Of a stretch of 40,500 nt of DNA, positions 1 to 8,943 are shown in pieces. The first letter of the stretch is position 1. Each line of letters opens with the position of its first letter. Location of the stretch: the UHGV virus genome UHGV-0090882. The stretch is one strand, 5' to 3'. Origin of the DNA: a virus. The notes under the pieces are model-generated. The model made no database searches, had not been told where the DNA came from, and saw only the letters and a list, made by a program, of their open reading frames with translations. Both the position numbers and the translations under genes were made by a program.

Positions 1-46
1 ATGATCTTAAATGTCTTATTTTTCGTAATGTGTACAACAAGGAATA

Positions 47-565
47 GTGATGAAATTTAAAAAATGTTTTCTGCCTGTGGCAATTTTAGCGTCATTCACC
101 CTGGCAGGATGCCAGTCAAATGCTGACGACCATGCCGCCGATGTCTATCAAACCGATCAACTGAATACAAAGCAAGAAACTAAAACCGTTAATATTATCT
201 CCATTCTTCCCGCAAAAGTTGCCGTAGATAACTCACAAAATAAACGGAATGCGCAAGCCTTTGGCGCACTTATTGGCGCTGTCGCAGGCGGCGTTATCGG
301 CCATAACGTTGGATCTGGTAGTAACTCCGGAACAACGGCTGGTGCAGTTGGTGGCGGAGCTGTAGGCGCGGCAGCGGGTACTATGGTGAATGATAAAACC
401 TTAGTGGAAGGTGTCTCTTTAACTTATAAGGAAGGCACCAAAGTGTACACCTCCACCCAGGTGGGTAAAGAATGCCAGTTCACAACGGGTTTAGCCGTTG
501 TTATTACCACCACTTATAACGAAACGCGTATTCAGCCAAATACAAAATGTCCTGAAAAGAGCTAA
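47..565 (+). CDS. Lipoprotein with glycine-zipper segment (SlyB/PCP-like); host flank or bor-like moron
   Basis: Signal peptide with lipobox (LAGC), Gly/Ala-rich zipper GALIGAVAGGVIG...GGGAVGAAAG. Family assignment from motif only. Confidence 0.5.
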   Translation: MMKFKKCFLPVAILASFTLAGCQSNADDHAADVYQTDQLNTKQETKTVNIISILPAKVAVDNSQNKRNAQAFGALIGAVAGGVIGHNVGSGSNSGTTAGAVGGGAVGAAAGTMVNDKTLVEGVSLTYKEGTKVYTSTQVGKECQFTTGLAVVITTTYNETRIQPNTKCPEKS

Positions 566-580
566 CTATCAGGAGGACTC

Positions 581-1123
581 ATGAAGAAAGTTTTTCTTTG
601 CGCCGCCATATTAGCTGCTGTTAGTAGCCCGGCTTTCGCCTCTTCATTACAGGATCAACTCTCTGCGGTCGCAGAAGCTGAACAGCAAGGCAAAAATGAA
701 GAACAAAGGCAGCATGACGAATGGGTTGCGGAGCGCAACAGGGAAATCCAGCAAGAGAAGCAACGGCGCGCAAACGCTCAGGCCGCAGCGAATAAAAGAG
801 CGGCAGCAGCAGCAGCGGATAAAAAAGCTCGCCAGGATAAACGGGACGCCGAATTCACTGCGGATAAAAAGCGCGATCAAAGTTATGAAGATGAGCTGCG
901 CAACTTAGAGATTCAGAAGCAAAAACTGGCGCTGGCAAAAGAAGAAGCGCGCGTTAAGCGTGAGAACGAATTTATCGATCAGGAACTGAAACACAAAGCA
1001 GCGCAAACCGATGTTGTACAATCTGAAGCTGACGCTAACAGGAATATGACTGAAGGTGGTCGTGATTTGATGAAAAGCGTGGGTAAAGCAGAAGAGAATA
1101 AATCAGACAGTTGGTTTAATTAA
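581..1123 (+). CDS. Secreted, highly charged coiled-coil protein of unknown function
   Basis: Signal peptide MKKVFLCAAILAAVSSPAFA followed by K/E/R/A/Q-rich sequence; RBS AGGAGG upstream; stop followed by hairpin terminator. Confidence 0.45.
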   Translation: MKKVFLCAAILAAVSSPAFASSLQDQLSAVAEAEQQGKNEEQRQHDEWVAERNREIQQEKQRRANAQAAANKRAAAAAADKKARQDKRDAEFTADKKRDQSYEDELRNLEIQKQKLALAKEEARVKRENEFIDQELKHKAAQTDVVQSEADANRNMTEGGRDLMKSVGKAEENKSDSWFN

Positions 1124-1185
1124 TCGTCTTTCCACTACCAGGCCTGTAATTCGTGAGGATTATGGGCTTTTTAATTGCATAAAAA

Positions 1186-1216
1186 ACCCTCCAGTGGATG
1201 AACAGAGGGTTTTGTT
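1186..1216 (+). terminator. Rho-independent terminator after the 581..1123 gene
   Basis: Stem ACCCTC / GAGGGT followed by TTTTG; A-run on the 5' side, so it may act in both directions. Confidence 0.45.
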
Positions 1217-1398
1217 ACCAAAATATGCTGAAGCCTCGTACGAATAGAAAACCTCAGCATTTAGTGTTCGGGTTTATTCCCACTCAATTATTTACGATAA
1301 CCATAACCAATTGAGTGATAACATTTTTCCAAATCTCAATTTTTCCCGTACCGTTTTATATACCGTCACCGGAAATCAGTACCATGAAAAATGCCATG

Positions 1399-1881
1399 CT
1401 ATCTGGTCAAAGTGTCGTACTGTTTTTCGCAGACTCTTCCGGCTTCGGCTGCCCGGTCAGCATACTCTGCCAGTTGTCTGTTTCTCTCGAGAGATTTGCT
1501 GAGCACGTCGGCAAGCAAAACTCCGGTGTCTGCGGCTGACGACCCAGCGCCGACAATGGCGTTATACTGCCTGAGCTGCTCACGGATGGCAAAGAGTTGT
1601 TGCTGCAACCGGCCAGCGCTAGCGGCAGCATCAAGAGCATCATTGCGCGCCTGGTCGATCCTCTGCTGAGCTTCACGTTCATTGGTCACTTTCTCCTGTT
1701 CGTAGTACTGACGAACTTTGTCTTCTTCGGCTTTGCGGTCTTCTTCCGCCTGAGCATACCCGGCATCGTACTGGCGACTGCCGTGTATATTCCAGGCAAC
1801 CACTCCTGATATGACCAGAACAGCAAGCACTGCCACGATAAGAAACTGTTTCCAGTATGCTTTTACGAATGCCCAGATCAT
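1399..1881 (-). CDS. i-spanin (Rz-like): N-terminal TM anchor plus coiled coil
   Basis: N-terminal hydrophobic segment, charged coiled-coil body, last gene of lysis cassette, 4-nt overlap with the endolysin stop. Confidence 0.7.
   Translation of the reverse strand: MIWAFVKAYWKQFLIVAVLAVLVISGVVAWNIHGSRQYDAGYAQAEEDRKAEEDKVRQYYEQEKVTNEREAQQRIDQARNDALDAAASAGRLQQQLFAIREQLRQYNAIVGAGSSAADTGVLLADVLSKSLERNRQLAEYADRAAEAGRVCEKQYDTLTR
1407..1682 (-). CDS. o-spanin (Rz1-like lipoprotein) embedded out of frame in the i-spanin gene
   Basis: Fully embedded in an alternative frame of 1399..1881; signal peptide with lipobox LAGC, Pro/Ser-rich mature part. True start may be the internal MM at about 1643. Confidence 0.6.
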   Translation of the reverse strand: MNVKLSRGSTRRAMMLLMLPLALAGCSNNSLPSVSSSGSITPLSALGRQPQTPEFCLPTCSANLSRETDNWQSMLTGQPKPEESAKNSTTL

Positions 1882-2507
1882 ACCGCCAGCACCTTACTGG
1901 CAGTGATGTACCGCGCTCGCCGGTCGTCGATGCCGTTCCGGCCACCATTGATAATCAGAGTTACACGTGCAATATCGCCGGTATACTTCATGCATCCTTT
2001 GCTGGCGAAGAACCACGCCGCGCTACGAGCCGCATATCCGTCCTGCGCCAGCAGTTCAGGGCTCTCCAGCAGGTCAACCTTCAGACCGTTTCCGCAATCA
2101 CGATAGTTATTCAAACCGGTAATCTGGATAAGTCCGCGCCCTCGGTAATTCCAGCCATCACCAGGGGCATTGTTCCCCATGCGTTTGCTGTATACCAGAT
2201 TTGCGATCGCGCGCTGGCGCTCAAGTGGCAATGGTGGTTCACCAGCACGGCGCCCCAGTGCATTAGCCTGCCCCTGAGTGAGACGCCCAGCCCGAACGAA
2301 GTTAGCCAGTCCGCTGACACTGTAGTTGAAATTCTCCTGCAACCTGGTGAAGCCCCCAGACTCATGCCCGACTTGAGCAATAAACATTGCCTGATCTTCT
2401 GCTTTGCTGATACCAAACTCTTTCATCGCAGAAGTTATATGCGAGAACCAGCGTGCGGCCAGTGCCTCGCTGATACCAGCAGCTCGCTGGAATTGTTTAA
2501 TCTCCAT
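1878..2507 (-). CDS. Endolysin, GH19 chitinase-like lysozyme
   Basis: Motifs [10 protein letters not shown] and [11 protein letters not shown] typical of GH19 endolysins. Start trimmed to ATG at 2507 (MEIKQFQ...). Confidence 0.7.
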   Translation of the reverse strand: MEIKQFQRAAGISEALAARWFSHITSAMKEFGISKAEDQAMFIAQVGHESGGFTRLQENFNYSVSGLANFVRAGRLTQGQANALGRRAGEPPLPLERQRAIANLVYSKRMGNNAPGDGWNYRGRGLIQITGLNNYRDCGNGLKVDLLESPELLAQDGYAARSAAWFFASKGCMKYTGDIARVTLIINGGRNGIDDRRARYITASKVLAV

Positions 2508-2805
2508 GTTTAGACCTCGATATTTTGAAAATCTGAACAACGTTACCGCGCGTTTTAATAACCGCAGCCAGCATGACAGCGTTGATAATGACCTCAGATA
2601 AATCCACAGCCATTGGCGTACGTAACCAGATTGCATAGGCGACTCGAACAGGAATACTGGCCGCAGCAACAATCAGGAAATAAGCAAGCCATCCTCCCCA
2701 CCTTCGATGTTGAGAGCCGTTACGCCGGAATGTGACAACGCGAATTGCTATGCCAGTGCAAATAACTGCATTGGTGATAAGCAAAAAAAACTCATGCGTT
2801 ACCAT
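2497..2805 (-). CDS. Small membrane protein, holin/antiholin candidate
   Basis: About 3 hydrophobic helices, immediately upstream of the endolysin. Confidence 0.45.
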   Translation of the reverse strand: MVTHEFFLLITNAVICTGIAIRVVTFRRNGSQHRRWGGWLAYFLIVAAASIPVRVAYAIWLRTPMAVDLSEVIINAVMLAAVIKTRGNVVQIFKISRSKHGD

Positions 2806-3196
2806 CGTCTTTTCTCCCCGGAATTAACTCGCGTGGATTATCGGAACGGTGATAGAGCCATATACCAATACGCACAGCGACAATTGCTGACACGAATGCG
2901 CCTGCAGAGAAAACAATCCCTTTTTCAAAAGAGTCCTGCGTGATGGTAGGGATCAGGCTGGCTATGCCGATAAGAATTGATGCTGCTGGTTTGTAAAAGA
3001 GAAGGCCGCAAAGAAAGCTGAGCATCGACAGGAGCACCCGGCGACGGATGGGGTACTCTACTGCAGAGGTAACAAAAATTACCGCCCCAGCCAAAGCCCC
3101 TAAAGCAACCTCCGGAGGGACACCTGCAATAACCGCAGCAAGAGAACCAAAACTAAGCAACTGATTTAATTGCTCACTTGTTACTTGAGCAGACAT
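2792..3196 (-). CDS. Membrane protein, holin candidate
   Basis: Several predicted TM helices; first gene of the lysis cassette. Confidence 0.45.
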   Translation of the reverse strand: MSAQVTSEQLNQLLSFGSLAAVIAGVPPEVALGALAGAVIFVTSAVEYPIRRRVLLSMLSFLCGLLFYKPAASILIGIASLIPTITQDSFEKGIVFSAGAFVSAIVAVRIGIWLYHRSDNPRELIPGRKDDGNA

Positions 3197-3476
3197 ACTT
3201 TCTCCTGTTTACTATCTATAAGCCAGTCAATTATTGATGACTAACCCCGCATAGTAAACCATATATGAATCATTATTGTTCCATATCATATATCTCAATA
3301 AAAGTACTAATGATTTTACAGAACGAGCCAGCAGAGTGGGGGCAGTTGTACAGGAACCATAGACTTAATTTTGTATTTAATAATGCTATGGTGTAATAAA
3401 CCTGAACATGTATTTAAAATACGTACTGATTCATGATAGAATTCAAAGATAACTTTTCACAAACTCCGTTTTTGAT

Positions 3477-3504
3477 ACCCGCAAAATATTGCGGGCTTTT
3501 TTTT
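3477..3504 (+). terminator. Plus-strand rho-independent terminator abutting the tailspike stop
   Basis: Stem CCCGCAA / TTGCGGG followed by C and T8. On the minus strand the hairpin is not followed by a U-run, so it is not the tailspike terminator. Confidence 0.4.
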
Positions 3505-6500
3505 AACGTTCTTCCAGAGACTGAATCCGCTCTTTTATCTTATCCATTTCTCTGCGCTGCCATGCTGCCTCGATATAGAATAAGAGATCAGGTCTGACCC
3601 CCCATCTAGATCCTGCTGGCGTTATTTCAACGCGCTCAATGATGTCTTCCATTACCATCACTGGATTATCATCCTCATCAACAATGATGCTCCCGTCATT
3701 ATCAGTCAGCGGCATTTCCCTTTGGCCAGTAATGACGTCATCATATACTGCGGGATAATCGTCATAGCAAAGAAAGGCATAGCGGCATGTTGTGCTTTCT
3801 TCTTCCATGAGTCCGTGAGAAATAAGAACATCACGAAGTTGCTGCGCGATTACACCATGATGTATCCTCGCCCCTTCTTCCCCCTTTATAGCGACAGCGT
3901 TCAGCCATTTATAAGCGATATACCTGACGTCACCCCAGGCATCCAGCAATGCTTCGTCAGGAGAGACCGGCTCTGTCTTTAATGTTCCGTCACTGGTAAC
4001 CACAGGATTGGAGCCAAGATAAACTGTCGAGAACCTGTTTCCCGGACCACCAAGAGCATTTACATTATCAAGATAAGGTTTAACATCTCCGTTCTCAAAA
4101 AGATGTTCGAGTGCGTTATATACCGCGCGACGTGGAGTACTGCTTCCGGAACCATGCAACGTTATCATTGCACCATCTGCTGAAGACGTTGTTTCACCGC
4201 CGCTAACGATTAATCTCTGAGCGGTAACATCATCAGACGGTACTTTCTTCGCAATAATGGCGTAATTACCCTCAAGTTTGACTTCCGCGCGAACTTGTCC
4301 TGATGTACCTGCATGGACAGTCAGTGACTGGACGGCAACATCATCTGTGAAATCAACGGGTACAGGAACCGTCCTCACGCCTGACGTCGACATAAAAGTA
4401 GGAAGCGTTCTGTTAGGAGTGGCTCCGTAGACAAAATCCCTTGAAACAAATTCTTCCTGTTTAATTTTCACCCTGAAACAATACAAATCAGCCGGGTGAC
4501 CATCGTGAACATAAGGATATTTTCTGTTGTTATCCCCTATGCTCCATGGGTTTAGAAAGTCTTCCCCACCGAAAATGTAGTACAGCCAGTTGTCTTTGAT
4601 ACAAACTGAACCAACACCAACCGCAGAGTTAACTATTCCGCCCTGATAAATCTGATCAGTAACATTAACCCACTCTACATTATCCAGACTCCACTCATTG
4701 ACGTTAACTCTGGTCATAAATGTTCTTGGATAATTTCCTGCATAACGGTTATCAGGTTCTCCTCCTTCCCACTCACCAAATGCGCGCTCACTGCCAAAAA
4801 TAATCAGCTCATCGCCAACTTTGGCAAAAGGAAGGTTTGAGTGATGAACATTATTTGGGAAGCGAAGAGAATTCCATGATGTACCTAAATCAGAGCTTCT
4901 GTGCAATGAACTACCGGGTTGAGTACTTAATGTCCCCCTGGTCGTCAGATACAGAATGCCATCATAATATTTTACACATGGCTCAGATGCATTCGCCTCA
5001 TATTCTGCAGGTATGCGTCTGCGAACAAAGCTACCAGGAGAACCGAAAGCATCAGAGAAATAGAGTATCCCAAGCTCGCGTGGACCAATATCACCATTAT
5101 GGTAGCCAACAGCAAAACTGTTATCGCTAATCGTCGCAAAACTGTGAATCTCAGTAACAGGAGTGCTTCCGTCAACAAAAGAAGGAATAGTTCCAAGACT
5201 GGTTTTTCTCCATGGTGACGAGTGAAATGATGTACCAAAACTCCAGTATCTACCCTCGTTATTCTGATCCACATCCTGGGTATTTTGCGTCGTAACTGTA
5301 AAAGTATTTTTATCAATAACAGTAGTCACCGTCATATTCCCGGTAACACCTGTAACACCAGAGTTTGAGAAGTTGACAAAATCACCAGCAAATAATCCGT
5401 GATCAGTAATGCGAATATAAGCGACTTGCTGATTTGCTGCTTTCGTTATACCACCATAAACGCGAAGGCTGCGACTCATTGGGCGATCCCACAACTCTGC
5501 AACCTGCAGTTTATTTCCGCTCACGGTCCGCGTCTCAATTACAGCAAAAAGGCGATTTCTGACAACCCCCATACTCATGCAGTGATAGTTAACTGTGGGA
5601 TAGTTTTCATGTAAATCTGTAAGCCATTCCGGCGTTGTCCAGGTCTTCCCGTCATCTCCTGAGCGAACCCATGCAACATGGAGGTTATTTACACCATGGC
5701 GGTCTCCAGCCATAAAAGGCGCATAGATGACATTGTCATATACAAACGTTTTATCCTGCGTCCAGGCGTTGTACCACGGTGTATCTGTAATTTTAAATAA
5801 CTCTCCCTGGATAAAATCTTCAGAAGCATAAAAAAGAGGCTGGCCCGGTATTCTCTCAAATAAAAAACGAGCATTTTTAAATCGACTGACATCCGGAAGA
5901 GTTGATACTTTAAAAGTAAGCCCTAATCCGTCAATTTTATAACCTGGAGATGAGGCTTCAAGGCACGCGCTTATTGCAGTGGAATCGTCATTTATACCAT
6001 CACCAACAGCTCCAAAATCTTTGGGGCTAATAGCATCACGCATTTTATCTTGGAACGTTCGGTACACAGCCCCAGAACCATACTGAATAAACCAACCAAA
6101 ACCACCAACAACCCCGGCGATTGCAGCATCGACATAATTACGCATTGAGCGATTATTTACAGCATCCTGCTCAAGTGATGGATCTGCAAGGTTAGAAATT
6201 CTGTTTTGCTTTGCATCGTAATATTTTGCAAGCAGAGAGGGCTTCATCAATGCACGTCTGAACCACCCAAAACATTGCTGGATCAGCATCGTCAGGTAGT
6301 CAAAGGCATCTTCATGCACTTCGGGGAAAAATTTTCCCTGATTGCGAAGGTCTGTCTCCTGCACTACATCAAGCACACGATCTATCGTAATTCGCCATCC
6401 AGTAGCAAGCGGAGACGGAAGAACCACAGAACCGCCACTATAAGTGCCCGCCCCAGTTACCGTATAACCGGTATCCAGAACCAATTCTGTTACGTTTCCG

Positions 6501-6622
6501 TTCAGGTCAGACACCTGAACAACCAGGTCTGATTTTCTGAAAATTCGAAAAGTATACGGAAACGATGTCGTAACGCCGTTACCGGTGTATTCGTTGTGGT
6601 CAACTTCGGTTGAGACCGTCAT
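3503..6622 (-). CDS. Tailspike: putative endo-N-acetylneuraminidase (endosialidase) with C-terminal intramolecular chaperone domain
   Basis: 1039 aa. N-terminal virion-attachment domain; two sialidase Asp-boxes (SGDDGKTW, SSDLGTSW); C-terminal region ...ARIHHGVIAQQLRDVL... resembling the self-cleaving chaperone of endosialidases/T5 fibres. Confidence 0.65.
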   Translation of the reverse strand: MTVSTEVDHNEYTGNGVTTSFPYTFRIFRKSDLVVQVSDLNGNVTELVLDTGYTVTGAGTYSGGSVVLPSPLATGWRITIDRVLDVVQETDLRNQGKFFPEVHEDAFDYLTMLIQQCFGWFRRALMKPSLLAKYYDAKQNRISNLADPSLEQDAVNNRSMRNYVDAAIAGVVGGFGWFIQYGSGAVYRTFQDKMRDAISPKDFGAVGDGINDDSTAISACLEASSPGYKIDGLGLTFKVSTLPDVSRFKNARFLFERIPGQPLFYASEDFIQGELFKITDTPWYNAWTQDKTFVYDNVIYAPFMAGDRHGVNNLHVAWVRSGDDGKTWTTPEWLTDLHENYPTVNYHCMSMGVVRNRLFAVIETRTVSGNKLQVAELWDRPMSRSLRVYGGITKAANQQVAYIRITDHGLFAGDFVNFSNSGVTGVTGNMTVTTVIDKNTFTVTTQNTQDVDQNNEGRYWSFGTSFHSSPWRKTSLGTIPSFVDGSTPVTEIHSFATISDNSFAVGYHNGDIGPRELGILYFSDAFGSPGSFVRRRIPAEYEANASEPCVKYYDGILYLTTRGTLSTQPGSSLHRSSDLGTSWNSLRFPNNVHHSNLPFAKVGDELIIFGSERAFGEWEGGEPDNRYAGNYPRTFMTRVNVNEWSLDNVEWVNVTDQIYQGGIVNSAVGVGSVCIKDNWLYYIFGGEDFLNPWSIGDNNRKYPYVHDGHPADLYCFRVKIKQEEFVSRDFVYGATPNRTLPTFMSTSGVRTVPVPVDFTDDVAVQSLTVHAGTSGQVRAEVKLEGNYAIIAKKVPSDDVTAQRLIVSGGETTSSADGAMITLHGSGSSTPRRAVYNALEHLFENGDVKPYLDNVNALGGPGNRFSTVYLGSNPVVTSDGTLKTEPVSPDEALLDAWGDVRYIAYKWLNAVAIKGEEGARIHHGVIAQQLRDVLISHGLMEEESTTCRYAFLCYDDYPAVYDDVITGQREMPLTDNDGSIIVDEDDNPVMVMEDIIERVEITPAGSRWGVRPDLLFYIEAAWQRREMDKIKERIQSLEER

Positions 6623-6725
6623 GTTAAATCTCCAGATAGTCGCAGCACCCGTTGCGCCGCATATCTGGTTATTCTATTACCTGGAAAACCACATATGGAT
6701 AGAAAGGCTGTAAATACGAATAGAT

Positions 6726-6742
6726 ATTACCTTTCAGGTAAT
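6726..6742. promoter_or_regulatory. Operator-like 17-bp palindrome ATTACCTTTCAGGTAAT (site 1)
   Basis: Perfect inverted repeat TTACC-N5-GGTAA upstream of the antirepressor promoter. Confidence 0.5.
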
Positions 6743-6778
6743 TTGCAAAACGTGCTGGATAGCAAACAAATTATTTGC

Positions 6779-6798
6779 TACTGTATAAATATACAGTT
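6779..6798 (+). promoter_or_regulatory. LexA (SOS) box TACTGTATAAATATACAGTT
   Basis: Exact CTGT-N8-ACAG with AT-rich spacer, about 20 nt upstream of the start of 6818..7075. Confidence 0.7.
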
Positions 6799-6817
6799 AT
6801 TGCATGGAGAAGATAAG

Positions 6818-7075
6818 ATGCAGCAGTATCACTATCCACTGGAAGACGGATTTACCGAAAGGATTCACACGCCGGGAGGCGTCAGGTCACTGGTGGAGGG
6901 ATCGCACTTGATGAAATTACTCCGGGATCTCGATAAGGATGGATTTAATGTCGATGGCCCACTTGCCGAACTGACTGCACTGATTAACTACGTCACCAGC
7001 TCACAGATGTCTATGCAGGATCTGCAAACACATCTCGACTATTGTGCCGAACAATTACGAAAACAAACCAGATAA
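6818..7075 (+). CDS. Small SOS-controlled protein, antirepressor candidate
   Basis: 85 aa from ATG 6818 (GGAG 9 nt upstream). Residues LMKLLRDLDKDGFNVDGPLAELTALINYV...DLQTHLDYCAEQ are paralogous to the C-terminus of the Bro-N protein at 7391..8101. The track start at 6695 lies upstream of the LexA box. Confidence 0.55.
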   Translation: MQQYHYPLEDGFTERIHTPGGVRSLVEGSHLMKLLRDLDKDGFNVDGPLAELTALINYVTSSQMSMQDLQTHLDYCAEQLRKQTR

Positions 7076-7105
7076 GGTTTGCAATTACCAAATGGAGTGC
7101 TTATA

Positions 7106-7122
7106 TTTACCTTTGCGGTAAA
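7106..7122. promoter_or_regulatory. Operator-like palindrome TTTACCTTTGCGGTAAA (site 2)
   Basis: Inverted repeat inside a larger inverted repeat (GGAGTGC ... GCACTCC). Confidence 0.45.
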
Positions 7123-7212
7123 TTTACATCGCACTCCTCTTGTGCCATAGTAATCGGGCACTGGCAAAATCCAGTGCCGGGATTGGCGTCCCGAGTTACT
7201 AAGTGGCGCATA

Positions 7213-7234
7213 CCACGCCAGACGTGGTTTTTTT
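7213..7234 (+). terminator. Putative weak rho-independent terminator
   Basis: Stem CCACG / CGTGG followed by T7. Confidence 0.35.
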
Positions 7235-7390
7235 ATGCGTTAAGCACAGCTATATCCGAATTATGGTGGGCTGGGCAGGGGTCCGAAAGGACGCCGGTAC
7301 CACTTAGGCCGGTACGCCAACCTTGTCCAGTTCACCACCAGTAATTGGCGTTGCGGTGGTGATTAAAATCACTAAGTGGAGATAACCACC

Positions 7391-8101
7391 ATGGCTAATG
7401 CTCAAACTGCCATCTTCAAATTTGAATCTGTTAACCCTATCCGTTCCATCATTATCGATGGCCAACCATGGTTTGTAGCCCAAGACGTTTGTAGTGCGCT
7501 GCGTATCCAAAACGTCACCCAAGCACTTGAAAAACTGGATGATGATGAAAGGTCTATGTTCAACATAGGGCATGAACATCGTGCAATTTTTGACAGCCGA
7601 GTAAAAGAGATCAACATCATCTCCGAGTCAGGCCTCTACACACTGATCCTCCGCTGCCGCGATGCGGTGACACCAGGCACTACCCCCTACCGCTTTCGTA
7701 AATGGGTTACAGGTGAGGTTCTTCCTCAGATCCGCCGCACCGGAAGTTACATTAAAAACTCGCTCCCGCAGGAAGAACGCATAAAGATGGTTGCCGACCA
7801 GGTAGCCAGCGCCACAGCATCAGCAGTGATGCAGGCAATGAAGGTAGAGAACAAAACCTACAGCGCCCCACTGAAGCCCGGCTACCGCAGCCTGATTCAT
7901 TCGCCGTCTGGTGTTCTCGGCCTGACGGAGAACTCACTGCTGATGAATCTGCTGAACCAGTTACAGGAAGACGGGCACGACGTATCGGGCGCGGCGGCGG
8001 AACTGACCACCATGTTCTGCTACATCGTCGGTGTGAGTAAATGCCTGCGTGATATCCAGACCCACGCGGAATACATCAACGACAAGGCAGGGGTCTTCTG
8101 A
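7391..8101 (+). CDS. Antirepressor, Bro-N domain protein
   Basis: N-terminus FKFESVNPIRSIIIDGQPWFVAQDVCSAL...ISESGLYTLILR is Bro-N-like; C-terminal domain paralogous to 6818..7075. ATG at 7391. Confidence 0.6.
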   Translation: MANAQTAIFKFESVNPIRSIIIDGQPWFVAQDVCSALRIQNVTQALEKLDDDERSMFNIGHEHRAIFDSRVKEINIISESGLYTLILRCRDAVTPGTTPYRFRKWVTGEVLPQIRRTGSYIKNSLPQEERIKMVADQVASATASAVMQAMKVENKTYSAPLKPGYRSLIHSPSGVLGLTENSLLMNLLNQLQEDGHDVSGAAAELTTMFCYIVGVSKCLRDIQTHAEYINDKAGVF

Positions 8102-8172
8102 CGGGCGGCGGCACAGGGATGTGCCTTTAAATAATTCTGTACGATTGCAGACAGGGGGGTGAATAGAGTACT

Positions 8173-8189
8173 ATTACCTTACGGGTGAT
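8173..8189. promoter_or_regulatory. Operator-like palindrome ATTACCTTACGGGTGAT (site 3)
   Basis: One mismatch to the palindrome; left 14 nt identical to site 11. Confidence 0.4.
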
Positions 8190-8317
8190 CCATAGCGATT
8201 AGGCACCGATACAGGAGGAGCCCACATGAGAAAATTTGACGAGTACGAAGGCGTTTAACATTCGGATAGTTTAATGACGGGGCCATTAGGCCCCGTTTTC
8301 ATGTCTGGAGACAGTTT

Positions 8318-8857
8318 GTGTTAAGTGAAGAAATGCAATTTGCCATGGCTGTGGCTCAAATCGTAAGTGCAGTCGCGGTTTCGCTTGGCTTGTTCATAGC
8401 TATCGCTACTATTATTTATAATGTAAATACAGCGAGAAAAGTACACACTTCAGTATTCCTTGGTGAAAGCAGGTTTGATGTAGATTATAAGAAAGGCCTA
8501 TCTACTATGCGCCGCATTCACGAATCGAACAAATCATTCCGCTCTTATATGTATCCAAGCAATGGGCAGGCTGATCTTACGGATGAAGAAAAGATAGAGA
8601 AGAGAGAAATAATTTACTGTCTAGGTTTCTACGAACGCATGGCTGTGAGCGTGAAGCGGAAAACTTATGATGAGACCATGATTAAGGAAGTATTTTACAG
8701 CTCCGTTGTAAATAACTATCAGATTGCGCTACCTCTTATACAAGCTATTAGAGAAAAAGAAAACATAAACACATATTTTAAAGAATATGAATGGTTGGCC
8801 ACACGATGGAAGGATTGTCCATTGAAGGATAAATCCCCGTGGTACAAGTTTTGGTAA
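8318..8857 (+). CDS. AT-rich moron: membrane-anchored protein of unknown function (candidate superinfection-exclusion/abortive-infection effector)
   Basis: Opposite strand to flanking virion genes; one N-terminal TM helix then a ~140-aa soluble domain; own terminator; visibly lower GC than neighbours. ATG at 8333 may be the true start. Confidence 0.6.
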   Translation: MLSEEMQFAMAVAQIVSAVAVSLGLFIAIATIIYNVNTARKVHTSVFLGESRFDVDYKKGLSTMRRIHESNKSFRSYMYPSNGQADLTDEEKIEKREIIYCLGFYERMAVSVKRKTYDETMIKEVFYSSVVNNYQIALPLIQAIREKENINTYFKEYEWLATRWKDCPLKDKSPWYKFW

Positions 8858-8880
8858 GCCCGCGACGCGGGCTTTTTTGT
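8856..8880 (+). terminator. Rho-independent terminator of the moron gene
   Basis: Stem GCCCGC / GCGGGC followed by T6, directly after the stop. Confidence 0.6.
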
Positions 8881-8918
8881 GTCTGCGGATTCCCGCCCGG
8901 GTGGCGGTGGCATTCGTT

Positions 8919-8942
8919 AAAAACAAGGCCGCGAAAGCGGCC
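8919..8942 (-). terminator. Rho-independent terminator of the minus-strand virion operon
   Basis: Stem GGCCGC-gaaa-GCGGCC with an A-run on the plus strand 5' side (U-run in the minus transcript). Confidence 0.5.
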
Positions 8943-8943
8943 T

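Noticed and set aside
1857-2513. 218-aa plus-strand ORF
   Set aside because: Antisense to the endolysin gene, which has clear GH19 motifs.
6695-6817. Upstream start of the small antirepressor ORF
   Set aside because: Would begin before the LexA box and operator; the in-frame ATG at 6818 has an RBS and retains the full homologous domain.
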